Positions 34,321 to 47,150 of a DNA stretch of 63,787 nucleotides are shown piece after piece; within the stretch, counting starts at the first letter, position 1; every line of letters starts with the position of its first letter. The DNA comes from Glycera tridactyla (Eukaryota): positions 115,940,214 through 116,004,000 of the forward strand of contig OZ286461.1 in assembly GCA_965644265.1 (NCBI GenBank), in the 5' to 3' direction. A program made the translations under genes and the position numbers. The notes under the pieces were generated by a model, which was given only the letters and a program-made list of their open reading frames with translations, was not told where the DNA came from and did not search any database.

Positions 34321-37300
34321 CACGGAGTATGTCTATTTCACCATGTTTAACAATTACTCGCGACCGGTTTATCAAAGGCCAGTGGTGTATACGTGTCGAT
34401 GCTACGTTCACGTGACAGGTTCCCCGTGCAATGTCGCGAACAGATGGTCAGGTTCCCTGACGAAAATGCTTTTATTCATGACAACGTTACATGGAGAACA
34501 CAAGCATTGGACAAGAAGAACTGAAATTGTAGTGGCGCACCAGTGATGCATCTTTTTCACTTGAAGTAGTGTACGAACAATGTCTTTGAGGACATGAACA
34601 CTTCTTCAGTTTGTCACTACCTAGTTTACGACTGGCATAGAGTAACGTTGACATGCATCTTATACCACATCTTTTTTTTCAGGATGAGTAGACAAAATCG
34701 GACTTCGGTGTTTGATATTACAGAGAATCCCCTCCTGTAAAATCCTTCAGAGTTGCAACAAGGCTAGTGGGATGAATAGAGATGCAATTACCTTGACTTC
34801 CTCTGATCACCCCGACACAAGGACGCACGTCAGAAAAAAAATACCTGAAAAAATAATTTCATAAAAGAATCTATCGAAGCACACAAGCAAGTTCCCAAAA
34901 AACACGCGATCAAGAATTGATTAAAAAGTTGTCAATTACTCCATTCTTCGAATCCTTAAACAGCCAAGTACAGGCTAGTGAAATCAACAATTTCTGCGCT
35001 GATATCAGTCCAGTCTTTGAGTTATCCAACACCCCACCACCCCATATCGTGGCACAAATCCAACAGACAAAACAATTCACCGTTGTGCAGATAGGATCGT
35101 TTGAGCAATATACTGCTGAAATTGTTACCAAATAATTTTATTGAATCAATATGTCATATTTTCAATTGGTCGAGCACACACACACATATACTCACACGCA
35201 CACAGGCACACACTTTCGATATCGCAATAGACCTGAATTACCTGCCTAGTTCTATAATGTTATATCTTATTATCCTACCTTCTGAATTCAATGTCACTCC
35301 CACCGGTTGATTTCTTCCTTTTTCTTCCTTTTTCGACTTTCATGTCCTCATCTTTGTTCCTACAGATTTCGTTTTACTAACTGGATGTTTCATTAATTCG
35401 TTTGTTTGAGTTGTGTCGAAATTCGCATCCAATATGACTCTGTCAATGCGAACTGTGAATAGAAGTTTTTTCTATTGAATTCAATTCAATATTGCTGGAA
35501 ATTTCGAAGAGAAATTCATGTTCGGGATGCAAGTATATCACTGTCAATCATCCTTGTTGATATAAATTTGGACGCGAATCTTACGCGTGACTCTTATCGT
35601 CTAACTCTTTTTGAAAAGTTGGGTCGCAGAACCACCAAAACTTATGAAGTAACTAAACAACCCGTCCGGAAGACCACATTGATTCCCACACAGATACCAA
35701 TCGACGCAATTTCATTTTTGTTGGGATGTGTTGTCTGACAGCAATCACCTCGACCTCTGCTGATGAAATTGACACAAGCAATATCGCTTGAAAGTCCGAT
35801 GAGATTGCTGACAAGAACTGTCAACATTTCTGAAGATTGAGAAACGACAAAAAGATAATTCGCGGATGTGCGTAATTCCTGGCATGGGAAATCAGTCTGT
35901 CACCGCATGCAAGTCTCGAGTGAGTAGTAAAGGCCGAAATGAGTATCCGAGTGGGTGATTGATGCCGTAAAGTTTGAGATTGAGGGTGAATACAAACTTA
36001 AATGGGGAAATCAGGCCGGCTACTGACCCCCGTGATCATTGCCGATGCCATGTCACACTAATCAATCAATGTTTGAATAATCTTGAGCTCCGATCGATTT
36101 CCCATTAAGGATGTTCATATGACGATCATCGATCACAGAAATCGATCAACAGTACGATCTCATTCTCAGTACTGACATGACAGGACTTCGGCAGAGAGTA
36201 AACACTGAGAAGATCAATCAATGTCTTATATAGAACAATATCTAACTTCACTTTATAAATTATCCTCCTTATGTAGGTTTGACTCCTGCCGCCTAGCTTA
36301 TGTTGAAGCAGGCAAGTTACCCGAACCTATGAAGCAGCTCAACGACCCAGCCACGAGCACACCCGACACATATGTCTTCAGTCGGACCTTTCATGAATCC
36401 GTCACAATCCACATTTTGTAAATGAAGCTGGTCATTTAGTAGCAACACCAAGAGCAATAACAACAACAACTACACACCCCACTCCCCATATAGATACCTC
36501 CAGTTGGCTGCTTCATTGATCTGCCAAAATTGACGTTTCTCAATGATGCTGGCGGCAGCAGTTGATATGCTTGTTCCGACACCTTGTCATCATAAGTGAT
36601 AGCCCCCATCCAACCTTGAGAATGATAATCGAGGATTATCCTCTATCCAGTACAGGATAATGTTTCGCTTTTCTCTCAACTCCGAGAATAGACACTGAAA
36701 CATCCGTATCAATTTGTTTGCAGAAAACATCAGAGATCTCGATTCCAGATCCACGGCATGGTGTGAAGGTAGTTGCAGATGTTATGCCACATGGCCCAAG
36801 AAAATCAAAAGGGAAACTGGATTGTGTTCCATTATGAATTTTCTGAATGAAGTATTAGTTATTACAAGGGTGAGCTCATTGTTTGGCGTTGGTGTTGGAT
36901 TCATATATCAACCATATAGATTGTATATAGGTTTCTGACCGCTGAACAGCACAATGCGGTGCAGTACCATTCATCTGGAATATTATGTAAAGGTGGCATG
37001 GGTTACCAACCTGAGATTAAACACGGGTATTGACCCCTAAATTATGACCATATTGGAAATAGAATTCTGAAAATGTAACGAAAATCGCCAAATGCTAGGA
37101 TTCTTGCATGTGAGTAGGTGGGGTTGAATGTCAACGGATTCGACGGATTTCTTCTGCTGACTTTTTTCTTGTGGGAGATTAACTAATCAAAAGTGCAAAT
37201 TTATACAAAAATAAGTCCGAATCATGAAATACCCCAACGCATCACTCCCACGAAGTTGCTGACCATCCCAACATACCTTGATACACACAACATACACTGA

Positions 37301-37399
37301 ATGAACCGATCGATGATATCTTATTCAGCCAAGCGCACACTGAATGTATGTCATCCAAATATAGATTGGGGAGACAACGTGTGGGCCTCATTGTTTTAA

Positions 37400-38650
37400 T
37401 CCATCATGTTTCCGGGATTAGTGTATATCTGAGCGGCTAATGCGGCTAATCCATGCTTCATGCTCAGCTGCCATGGCTGGATCATCATCAGTCTTGATTT
37501 CGAAGAACTCAATATCAAAGCGTGAAGGAGTCATCCATTTTGGTTGTCTAGCAGGTTTTGGTCGCACACGACGCCGCTTTCTTTCTTGCAGAGCGGGCTG
37601 AATCTGATAGTATATTCTGTTGACACGAGTAAGACGTTAACCAACCAGTCATTTCAATCCGTTTGTCTTTTTTGTGGGGAGGGGGGGGGGGGGGTAAATA
37701 TCAGGGTTTTTGTTAAGCAAATGAGAGTCATCATTGACAACTCATTTCTCCAGTTACGTACCGGAATTGAGGAATCCCGAGCATTCCCGAATAAACTCTA
37801 TATCAGGCAAGCTGAAATCATGGAACGGTCAGATCGTCATCGCTAACCTATGCCCAAAACTCACCAGGACATCTGCATGACAGAATTTGATCATGCCTAG
37901 ATTTTGCACGAGCTATCATAACAGTACAAGTTTCTCCCAGGTCACATGCCGGTTCCAGCGTGTGGCCTCTTAGCCCCACAAAACCTACTGTCTCCAAACT
38001 GCTGCGAGGCAAATGTAGTGGACTCATAATAATATTGTTTCTATCTTCACTGATGGAGACAAACTTCTGACTTTCACACCTGCCGGTCACAGAGGGACCA
38101 ATTGAAGGCACTGGGAGGGGGGGGGGGGCGTGGAATATCAGTCAGAGAATTCGTGTGTGCCCGTTGTTACAGACAACAGTGACAAGGACTGGCTGGTGGG
38201 CACTTTTACGAGAGCATTGGGGAACCAGATAACTTGTGCTGCTTCCACTAAAACGCTTCGAAGAGCAAGGTTGATCCGCTTCTCAGTCCTTGCAATAGCC
38301 TGTAAATGTACCTCGCTAGGATTCTAGATAATCCAGATATTTCGTGTTCATCGTTTCTGATGCATGCTGAATCCATCTTGAAAATCCCCCTACAGGATTG
38401 TTTCTGTGAATCCTCCTTATTGCAGTCAGAATGAATCGGTGGGGAATAAACTATGTACTTCCTGCAATAGCTGGAAACTCCCGAGGCTCTCCACTGCACA
38501 ACTCACTGGTCTTGAGACTACTGCTGCTGTTGAGACATTCTGACTATTGTATGTCCTCTCCGTTCCTTGACATACCTTATGTGAAGAAAACATTTCCAAT
38601 TCAGGACAAGATGATCTTGACTGTCCTTGATTATGTGCAGAGGCAGACGA
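37400..38650 (-). mobile_element. Degenerate LINE relic (AP endonuclease and start of RT)
   Basis: IVYSPP, GIFKMD (cf. GDFNxD) and RSGSTLL (cf. TR..STLD) at 38250-38500; DSSIPVR..ELS near 37780. Confidence 0.4.
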
Positions 38651-41615
38651 GTTGTTTTCTCCCCCCCCCCCTCCCACATTGCAAAAAAGGTACTCTCCGT
38701 CATTTTTGACTTGCAGAAATTTGGAAAATTCTTATGGACACGACATGGTAATGACTGTGAATGGGACGTAACTGACAGCAGTAATCACACTATAACCTCA
38801 CGTGTAGTTGAATAAATTCATCCACCTCACATCGATGTATGTATAGTTGTCTGGAAGCCGGTACAAACTCGACGGCAATCTTTTCATCAAAACAGAGCCA
38901 GTTCTGTGGCATGGAGACGTTATGGGATAACCCTTAACAAGTGCATAGCAATCCGTGAACTCATGAGCTCATCCCTATCATGCACGGCAATATGTTCTGA
39001 CTTTTGACTCTTGTACAATCTATTGGGTCATTTGTCACCGCTAACTGCGCTTTTATTCACGTGAGCGACTTTAGTCTCGTTTTTCTCATCCAGACTATGC
39101 AGAATGAAGCGTGTTGGTATGTCTGTTCATCGGGGGTACGCTTAAAGAGTAGGTCAAAGTATGACTTTCGTATGCGTGATGTACGGTTGGAAATCGAGCC
39201 CATCTCATCTAGAAATAGATTAGTCATCTGTGTGGATCATTCCAGTCACATCGGTGTGATAACGGACTACCTCTCGATATGATGAATTGTATGTATGGGC
39301 AACCACACACTGATCATTCATACCTTGAACATCTGGGGAGATCGGAGAATTGTAGAGCAGAGGGATATATCATGCTTCAGCAATACTCACATATCCATGT
39401 ACATAGTCAGCTACATGACATTATAAACTCCAGCATTTGGCGAATCGTCGAAATGATGATGGATTGGTCATCTTCGTGTACAGTTATTAAAAACTTAAAT
39501 TTTACTCTATTTTTGACGGTTCATAAACGGTACCACCAGTGCCGATTGCGTGGCCCCGATGTTGCTCATACTCCCCCATAAGATGTGAAGCGAATTAACA
39601 ATCAAACGTCAAGAAAATTCAACCTACATAATAGTGCTAAAGGTGCCCTTCAGTCACGATGAACCTGTAGGTAGTTTTCACGACCTTTTTCTTCTAACTT
39701 GGTTCGCAGACAATACAACCATTCCCAACAGAATGATAGTACACCTGATTTGTAACGTGATGGATGCGGCTTCTAGTGTAATATCACTCACACATCCATC
39801 TTCTCATCTCTGATTCTTATTTCATCTTTGGTCTTCTTTTGACTTCAGACCATAGGATGCATGTCAAATGAATATTCCTGGTCAAATGCACATGTGCGTT
39901 AAAAAGATCGAGACTCAAAATATTGTATCAGAAATCTCTAGTGACGTATTGCTCCGACCAAGATATGATTTTTCGAGACTGGATTCAAAGTTCGATTTAA
40001 ATTCTGAAGAATCTTTTCGAGACAGTGAGTGGACAAAAACCAATAGTTTTCTCATTTTCTCATTTCTCTGTATGTTTTCTCATGGATTTTCTTCATCTAA
40101 AAAACTATCGGTCCTGGGGGAATTTCCATGATCCACCGTATTGTCTAACAGTATGCTGTTCACCCCGACTGAAATCTTTTTTGAGGACGGCACATCACAA
40201 ATAGACATTAAGTCACAATCTTCACAAGCGATATCCATGGTCATGGCAACGAAATTTCAGGCCGATTTTCCAAATTAAGAATGGGCCAGTCCATCTTGCA
40301 GTTCATAGATATGTCTGAATAATGGTGTTATGCACTGTAATGATGAGATTGAGGAGAAAAGTATCCGTCGACACATAAAACCGGACTCAATCTAGGATTT
40401 CCCTAGGCAAAGAGGCCTTCATGCGAAGTTCAAATAAGTAATGATCTCCAGGTTGAATGAATAAACCTTGAGGTAATGGTTTTTCATCCCATGATCAAAC
40501 AGTCATTTGCGCAGCGGCCCGATCTAGTCATTCTTATCAGTCGGGAAATGTTGATGGAAACCAATCCCAGTCTCGATGACTGACTGCGATATCTAGGGTG
40601 GGGATATCGATTTATTCCAGCCGCAATTTTCATATCGTACGTGGGATCTTGCCTGTTTCCTGGTAATCTAAATGCGGAGAGAAGTGTCAGATGGTATGTT
40701 TAGTGAGTCGATGTGTGGGCCAATGAGGAACCAGCCAGTCGCTGACACGTCCTGTTTAGTAGAGAACACCATAAACGACTTCATATATGATTTAAGGGTA
40801 TGCTGCGAACCTGGCTTGGTGACAAGCGCGGTTTCCATCAAGCGCAACAAAATATACTCATATGACGAGGAATTCTTAATTTCTATGTAGATCGCTTAAT
40901 TGATCATGGACAATTCCAAGCAAATAAGGTTCAAAACGAACTGAATTTTGAAGAATGCTGAATAGGGGAAGATGTAACTAGTCTAATTTCATGAACCAGA
41001 AATGGAACCTTGAGTACCAGTGAATTTTATCATTTTTCCTCACGTTTGAGACATAGAAATAGAGGATCCTCGAAGGATCTCACCCATGCTGATCGACTGT
41101 GCGTCTCAACAAAGCCGGTATAGTGCTAATGAATTATCGACCAACCTGCCAACAAATCCATAATTTCGATAACGCATTCGGGATATTCATTTTTAATACA
41201 GTATGGTGAAACAAATCTTGATGTTGTTTTCTTTTTGAACGACACAAACAGTGACGGCGAGTCATCGAATCCTGGTTACTATGCCTACAGGCCAGGCCAC
41301 CGAATACTAATTGACTAAGTAACATTGACATCGGCTCGCTATCTGTGTGATGGTTGTCCTGAAATGACAGGCTTGTCATAACAACTTGTTGTGCACCAGG
41401 CTCATGTAACCAGGCACCAGGCTCATGTGAATACTGAGATTTCAAGGTATGTATGCCAAAAGGCAGTTCATTAATCAACCCTCGGCCGACCTATCCTCCT
41501 TCAAGTGCAACTCATTCTATCGGTGAAAACAAATTATTATTATTCCGATCACAGATGCTCATATCTTGCCGAGTTGTAGGGTTGATAAATCCTTGTGGTC
41601 ATTATTGATATCATT

Positions 41616-41956
41616 CATATTTACATCAGAAATGTTATGGAGCACCAGATGTCATACTGGCACTGATAGCAATGTTGTAAATTATAAACTACCTGAATAC
41701 ATATCATTGTTTCCCTTGTCTCGTCAAGCATATTCACATCAGAAATGTTATGGAACACCGGATGTCATACTGGCACCGATAGCGATGTTGTAAATTATAA
41801 ATTACCTCAATACATATCTTTGTTTCCCTTGTCTCATCAAGCATATTCACATCATAAATGTTATGGAGCGCAGGATGTCATACTGGCACTGATAGCGATG
41901 TTGTAAATTATAAACCACCACAATACATATCATTGTTTCCCTTGTCTCGTCAAGCA
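41616..41956. repeat. 113-bp tandem repeat, 3 copies
   Basis: Units start at 41616, 41729 and 41842 (CATATTYACATCA.AAATGTTATGGA...GTCTCRTCAAG). Confidence 0.93.
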
Positions 41957-42541
41957 GCTACGGGCATCAGAGCCAGTTACAGCAATATTTGAATATTAGG
42001 CAACCAAAAGGACTTATACCATGAGTGATTTACTACAGTCTACGTACAGTATGGCTGAACGAAAAAATTACTGCTAATCAATGTCATCAACGAATACTGA
42101 GATTTCAAGGTATGTATGCCAAAAGGCTGGATTGGGGTCGGCTATTCCGTGAGTTGAGTCTATGTCATGTAGGAACGTATTACAGGTGCAAGCGTCTTGT
42201 TCGATGTATTTTCCGGGTAAAATGTAGCAAATAAATTGCCTGTATGCCGGTGAGCTGTCTGATCCAATTCATTTAGTGTACCTTGCTGTTTTTATTTTGC
42301 CGGGAGTCCCTGTAATTCAGTTTGCGCGTGTTCGTGAGCATCCAGACTTGCATGGTGCACAAGCACATCAGCTACTCTTTTCAAGCTGTGTACTGTGATC
42401 GTGTATGTGATGTTTGTGATGTACATGTGTGATAATGTGCAAGTGATGAATGTGTGTGCGTCCGTGTATGACTTACCAATGGCCTCCTAATCCCAGCTCT
42501 TATTCTTGCTATCTCAAACTCCACCACCTGCCACGACTAAA

Positions 42542-42544
<3 letters not shown>

Positions 42545-42629
<85 letters not shown>
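42545..42629. repeat. (GA)n microsatellite
   Basis: Pure GA tract. Confidence 0.99.
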
Positions 42630-42631
<2 letters not shown>

Positions 42632-44469
42632 TGATATTGCTGTTGTGGGCGTAATCATACAATGACGACTTGTAGATCGGTTCACCTGATGTGAGGTACG
42701 AATACTTACCGTGAGAGTCGAAGATCATTGCCCAGATTGGGACATGCGAACAGGCAGGATGGTCGCAGGAGAGCAAACTAATAATGACCCGGCCTGTGGC
42801 TGAATGTCATAATCTCATTCACGACGAAAACAACGTATATATATATATATATACGGCGTCACTATACGACACCGGGGCATCATGACGGATATGCCCCCTG
42901 GGTGATATTGTGGGTGTATTGTATGGCTAGCTCATATCCGATGATATGTATCCAATATGCAAGCCGACACCGGCCTTCATCACAACTTGGATGATGTGCT
43001 GGCTTGAATCGATGCCAATAACTGTCTGCTCAATGTTTCAAATATGATAAAGACGGATACTCCCTCTTGAAAAGGTGAATGTAAATGTAGTTATATCAGT
43101 TCACTATTTATCACCCCCAAGTTCACCAAGCATTGCAATCACATTTCCTGGCTGGCCCCTTCAAGTTTCAAACTTTCCCATCTTCATGGAGAACTACAAA
43201 CGGAGAGTTGAACAACAAGATGAATTCACTGTACGATCACTACCACTGCATATAGCCAGATACATAGTCAGACGTAGGTGAAGTGCAGTGTTTCAGCATG
43301 AATGTCGACCCAGTTAGCTGAGTGAGGAAGGCGTATCATATGAATCTTTGTGGTGTTGTAGGTTCAGTAACGGATGAGAAATCACGTTCATCCTGCTTCC
43401 CCTTCTGAGCAGATGTCCTTCTTGTCGAAGTGAACAATGCTGCTCAGTCCAGATCCAGTGGAGATGCACCCAACTTGGTTTCTCAACAAGGTGATCGCGG
43501 GTGAGTGAGGAATGCTATCCACAGCTTTTATATTGACCGAGCCACACAGAGGACTGTCAGCCTGAGACGATGCAGACTATGATGGAAAGGATATGCTACC
43601 GTGATACTTTCAATTGCCCTCTGCATTGAATCGTACCCCAAAATGAGGTCGTTGAATACCGGATGGCTCATCCCCCTCGCAGTACTCACTATGATGATTA
43701 TTCTCTCGCCATATTACATATTCTCACCATAAGATTCCACGCTCTTTGTCTCGAATTGAGGATGGCAAAAATCGTTCACGTGACTACAACAAATTCAATA
43801 TTGTCTATAAGAGGAGAAAGTAATTTTACATCGACGAAATATTTGTTGCATTGTTTGAGTTGAACTTCCGGGTAGGTATAGCGTCCCATGTACTGTCTCG
43901 AAAAGAAAACTCTTAGAGGCGGTTTATAAACTATAAAATGGTTAGTTATTCCATGTGACCTCTGCAGCATTTAGACTATATTGAGACACCAATGCAATGG
44001 TCTTTTTTTCTTCAGGGTCTTCCACGGATATCGATGATCAACCAGATTCAGAGAATGTTCCAACTTGGCCGTCGATAATATTATCGGTGATTGCTAGCCT
44101 ATGATAACCTGACCTGGATGTGAAATGCATGATCAGTATATGCAGATTGGGGCGACCTGTGAGGATCTGTCAACAATGTAGGCGGTGCAGATTGATAGGC
44201 TGCCCACGTTGTCTTGCCATATGTTGTGACGATATTGATGGCCTCCCTGTTGATATTGCTACAGCTGGGGCATATATTCCCTAGGAGAGCCGCGGTTCTC
44301 AACACATTAATAAATTCAATGTCGTCGACTCTAAATTAGAGTGTAAACCAAACTAGATGGATGAAGGGTTATGTGAATATGAGGTTTCGAGAGAGATCAG
44401 CTCTCTACTAGGTTCATCTGCCTTCAAGAGCAACCATTGCAGACGCATTGAAGGATGAATCGAAGGGTT

Positions 44470-44785
44470 GATGGATAGACAAAGGGATGGAAGGATCGTT
44501 GATTGAATGGGTGGGTGGGGGGAGGAGGGTGTTAGATGGCGGGTGGTTGAATGGCTGGATGGGTGGATTCATGGGTGGATTCATGGGTGGATGAATTGGT
44601 GGATAGGACCGGATGGCTGGACTGCTGGATGACTCTGATGAGTGGATGGAGGGATGGGAGGATTGATGGATGGATGGGCGGATGGATCAATGGCTGAATG
44701 AATGAATTGGTTGATTGATGGATGGATAGATGCACGGATGGATGGATAGATTGATGGATGAATGGATAGATAGATAGATGGACGG
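44470..44785. repeat. (GGAT/GAT)n-like degenerate simple repeat
   Basis: Direct reading. Confidence 0.85.
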
Positions 44786-46472
44786 AGTGATACATAGAAG
44801 GGCGGAAAACATGACTTCGGAGGGAGAGGACCGAAAATGATCAGGGAATTATCGTGATCATAACGGGCCCTGTGTGGTCGTCAGCTCAATATCACTGGTC
44901 AATTCTGGCACTCTTGTCTTTTAGTGATCACCTACATCCACCATCTTGCCTGTCAACCTCAGATAGAGGTCGGTGGCTGGGTCGGTGACAGAATGATGGC
45001 TTCTACACTCGAAATCATAGTTGGCCACCCCTAAGTGGACGTATTGATTGCATGACAGGTGTACCCTTCACACCAGACGCAGTCATCATCACCTCATCTA
45101 TACGGACCTCCATCGCCCATTCTGCATGCATTTGCCATTATTTCAGTCCTTCATCGCTTCAGCGGTAATAGTAGAGCATGACTATCATTCACCTCCTTCT
45201 CGTAACGATATACAGGTATACGGCAAACTGTTCACATTGAGACACGCCTAGGTCCCCCTGTAAGCCACAAGAAGGTCACCTCAATAGTGATCAAACCCAC
45301 TATATTGGCGCTACTACTTTCTTTCCCAATTTGATCTGTCGGTAATTACTGTCTCTCGGGGAATCTCAGGATCCAGCGATATATGACTTAGGGTCGTATG
45401 GATTCCTTTTTTTGTGTGAAAATACTTGATTGCGGAAAATCCATCTTCAAGGAATCAGGTAGTCATTATCATCATGTGCAATGGATGCAATAGAAGGCTT
45501 TGAGGTGAGCCATACAGTTCGATCATGAGGAGATATGTGGATTTGACTATAAGATGAATTGTTGCTGATGATGAGGTGGTTAATTAGCTCCGACCCTTTC
45601 GGCAGTCTTGGTTGTTATTCGAAAGGCCTTCCGTCTGGAGATGGGAGCAGAATAGTACAAGACTTGCAAATAGCCATCAGTGAGCTAGTGTAATTCCGGA
45701 TCAATTCCACTCCTACATGTCTTGGTACAGGTGCAATCAGTGGCCATCTCATATACCCTATTCTTCGGTTGAAATATACTGTCCCTGTGACATCACATCG
45801 GGTGTAACAATCTGTATCTGGTGGAATACAATTATATTTGTAAAGAATGAATTCATCAGGTGATAGCGCGCATGAGCAATAGCGCCGGATTCATCGGAGA
45901 ATTGCTCATTTTGCTATCTCGAACACCGACACCAACACACATAAAACTGTATCATATGTTCACAATGAAGCTGCTTCATCTCGAAACTGCCACACTTTCT
46001 CATTGGACGAGCATTCACCCGCGTCAAGGACAAGTAGGCTGTGCCACTTCATTTGAAGGTGACACATGGATCAAGTAGTGTCTCCATTCATCCCCTTGAA
46101 AGCACTATTTCGGCTTCGAAACATACCCACACGCAATTCGTTTGTGATAAAACAAAGAGAATACATGGTGGATAAGTTGATTTGCTCATCTCCCACTTGA
46201 TTAGCATACCATGTGATCTGACAAGGCTCTTATCTCTCAGCGAAAATGATGGTGTTCATATGAACCCTACTGAGAATCATATGATCCTAGCTGGAAATTA
46301 TGGTGAACTCACTGGAAATTGAATTGAATGGAATAGAATTGTGTACTGAAACCTGGCATGGTGTGAAGAGTTCACCAGACGTCGGCAAATCCCGGAATAG
46401 CCCGACTTGACAGTTGATTTACGGACGTTTCCGGTCGCCATGTTGGAAAGTGGTTTGGAAAAACAGGTTGCG

Positions 46473-46487
46473 AGCGCCCTCTAGCGG
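46473..46487 (-). promoter_or_regulatory. CTCF-like motif
   Basis: Minus strand CCGCTAGAGGGCGCT closely matches the CTCF core consensus CC.C.AG.GGGCGC. Motif match only. Confidence 0.4.
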
Positions 46488-46499
46488 CGAATTATGGTT

Positions 46500-47150
46500 A
46501 GGTGATATCCAATTATAGGTACTTTTGTAATGTCAGGTGGTTGCTAAACCATCCTATAAATATGTGTGAAGGAGAGTTGAGCAGCAGATCACCTTTGGGC
46601 ATTTGCACAGCAGCTGGTCGTATGCTGTTGGGATCTTGGTCGTGCTCCTCAACCCTCCTCAAAGCCATGCTGTAACCATGTAGTATTGGTTGGAGGAATA
46701 AAGCCGATGACTGGAATTCTGCTCGTCTCTCATCTGTACTGCATGGACCGACACGTCTTGGTTCCCCTACGAAGAGATCCTGGTACAACGTGGTAGATGT
46801 CAGAGATCGCCTTGGTGGGGTTGTGGTGAGAGTATCCCTATAACCTTTGTATACTCACTTGGATGCCAAGCCAGTGCGTGTGTGAAGTCTCCCTACATAG
46901 CGAGAGAGGATCGTAGACGTATCGACAACCTACATCACCGAGAAAGCATCTTTGATATATCAGGCAACTGTGAGGTTGTATGAGCTATGACACTATTTGA
47001 GAAATGCCTTGTGGTTTGATGATCAGTAGCGCGGATTGCTTCAACAGCTCTATATCTTTGATGAATAGAATTGTTTCTACGCATCAGACTAGAGACAGGT
47101 GATTCGAATTGATTGAGATGTTCATGAAATCGCTCGAATCATAGGAATTT
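46500..47150 (-). mobile_element. Penelope-like GIY-YIG C-terminal relic(s)
   Basis: RFHEHLN..SPVSS, ELLKQSALLIIKP (cf. L.IKE.L.I...KP.LN) and FVGEPRR. Heavily degraded. Confidence 0.4.

Noticed and set aside
41208-41324. Putative exon YGETNLDVVFFLNDTNSDG (vWA-like DVVF) after an acceptor-like TTTTTAATACAG
   Set aside because: It ends in a stop at the would-be donor, the other frames are closed, and no partner exons were found.
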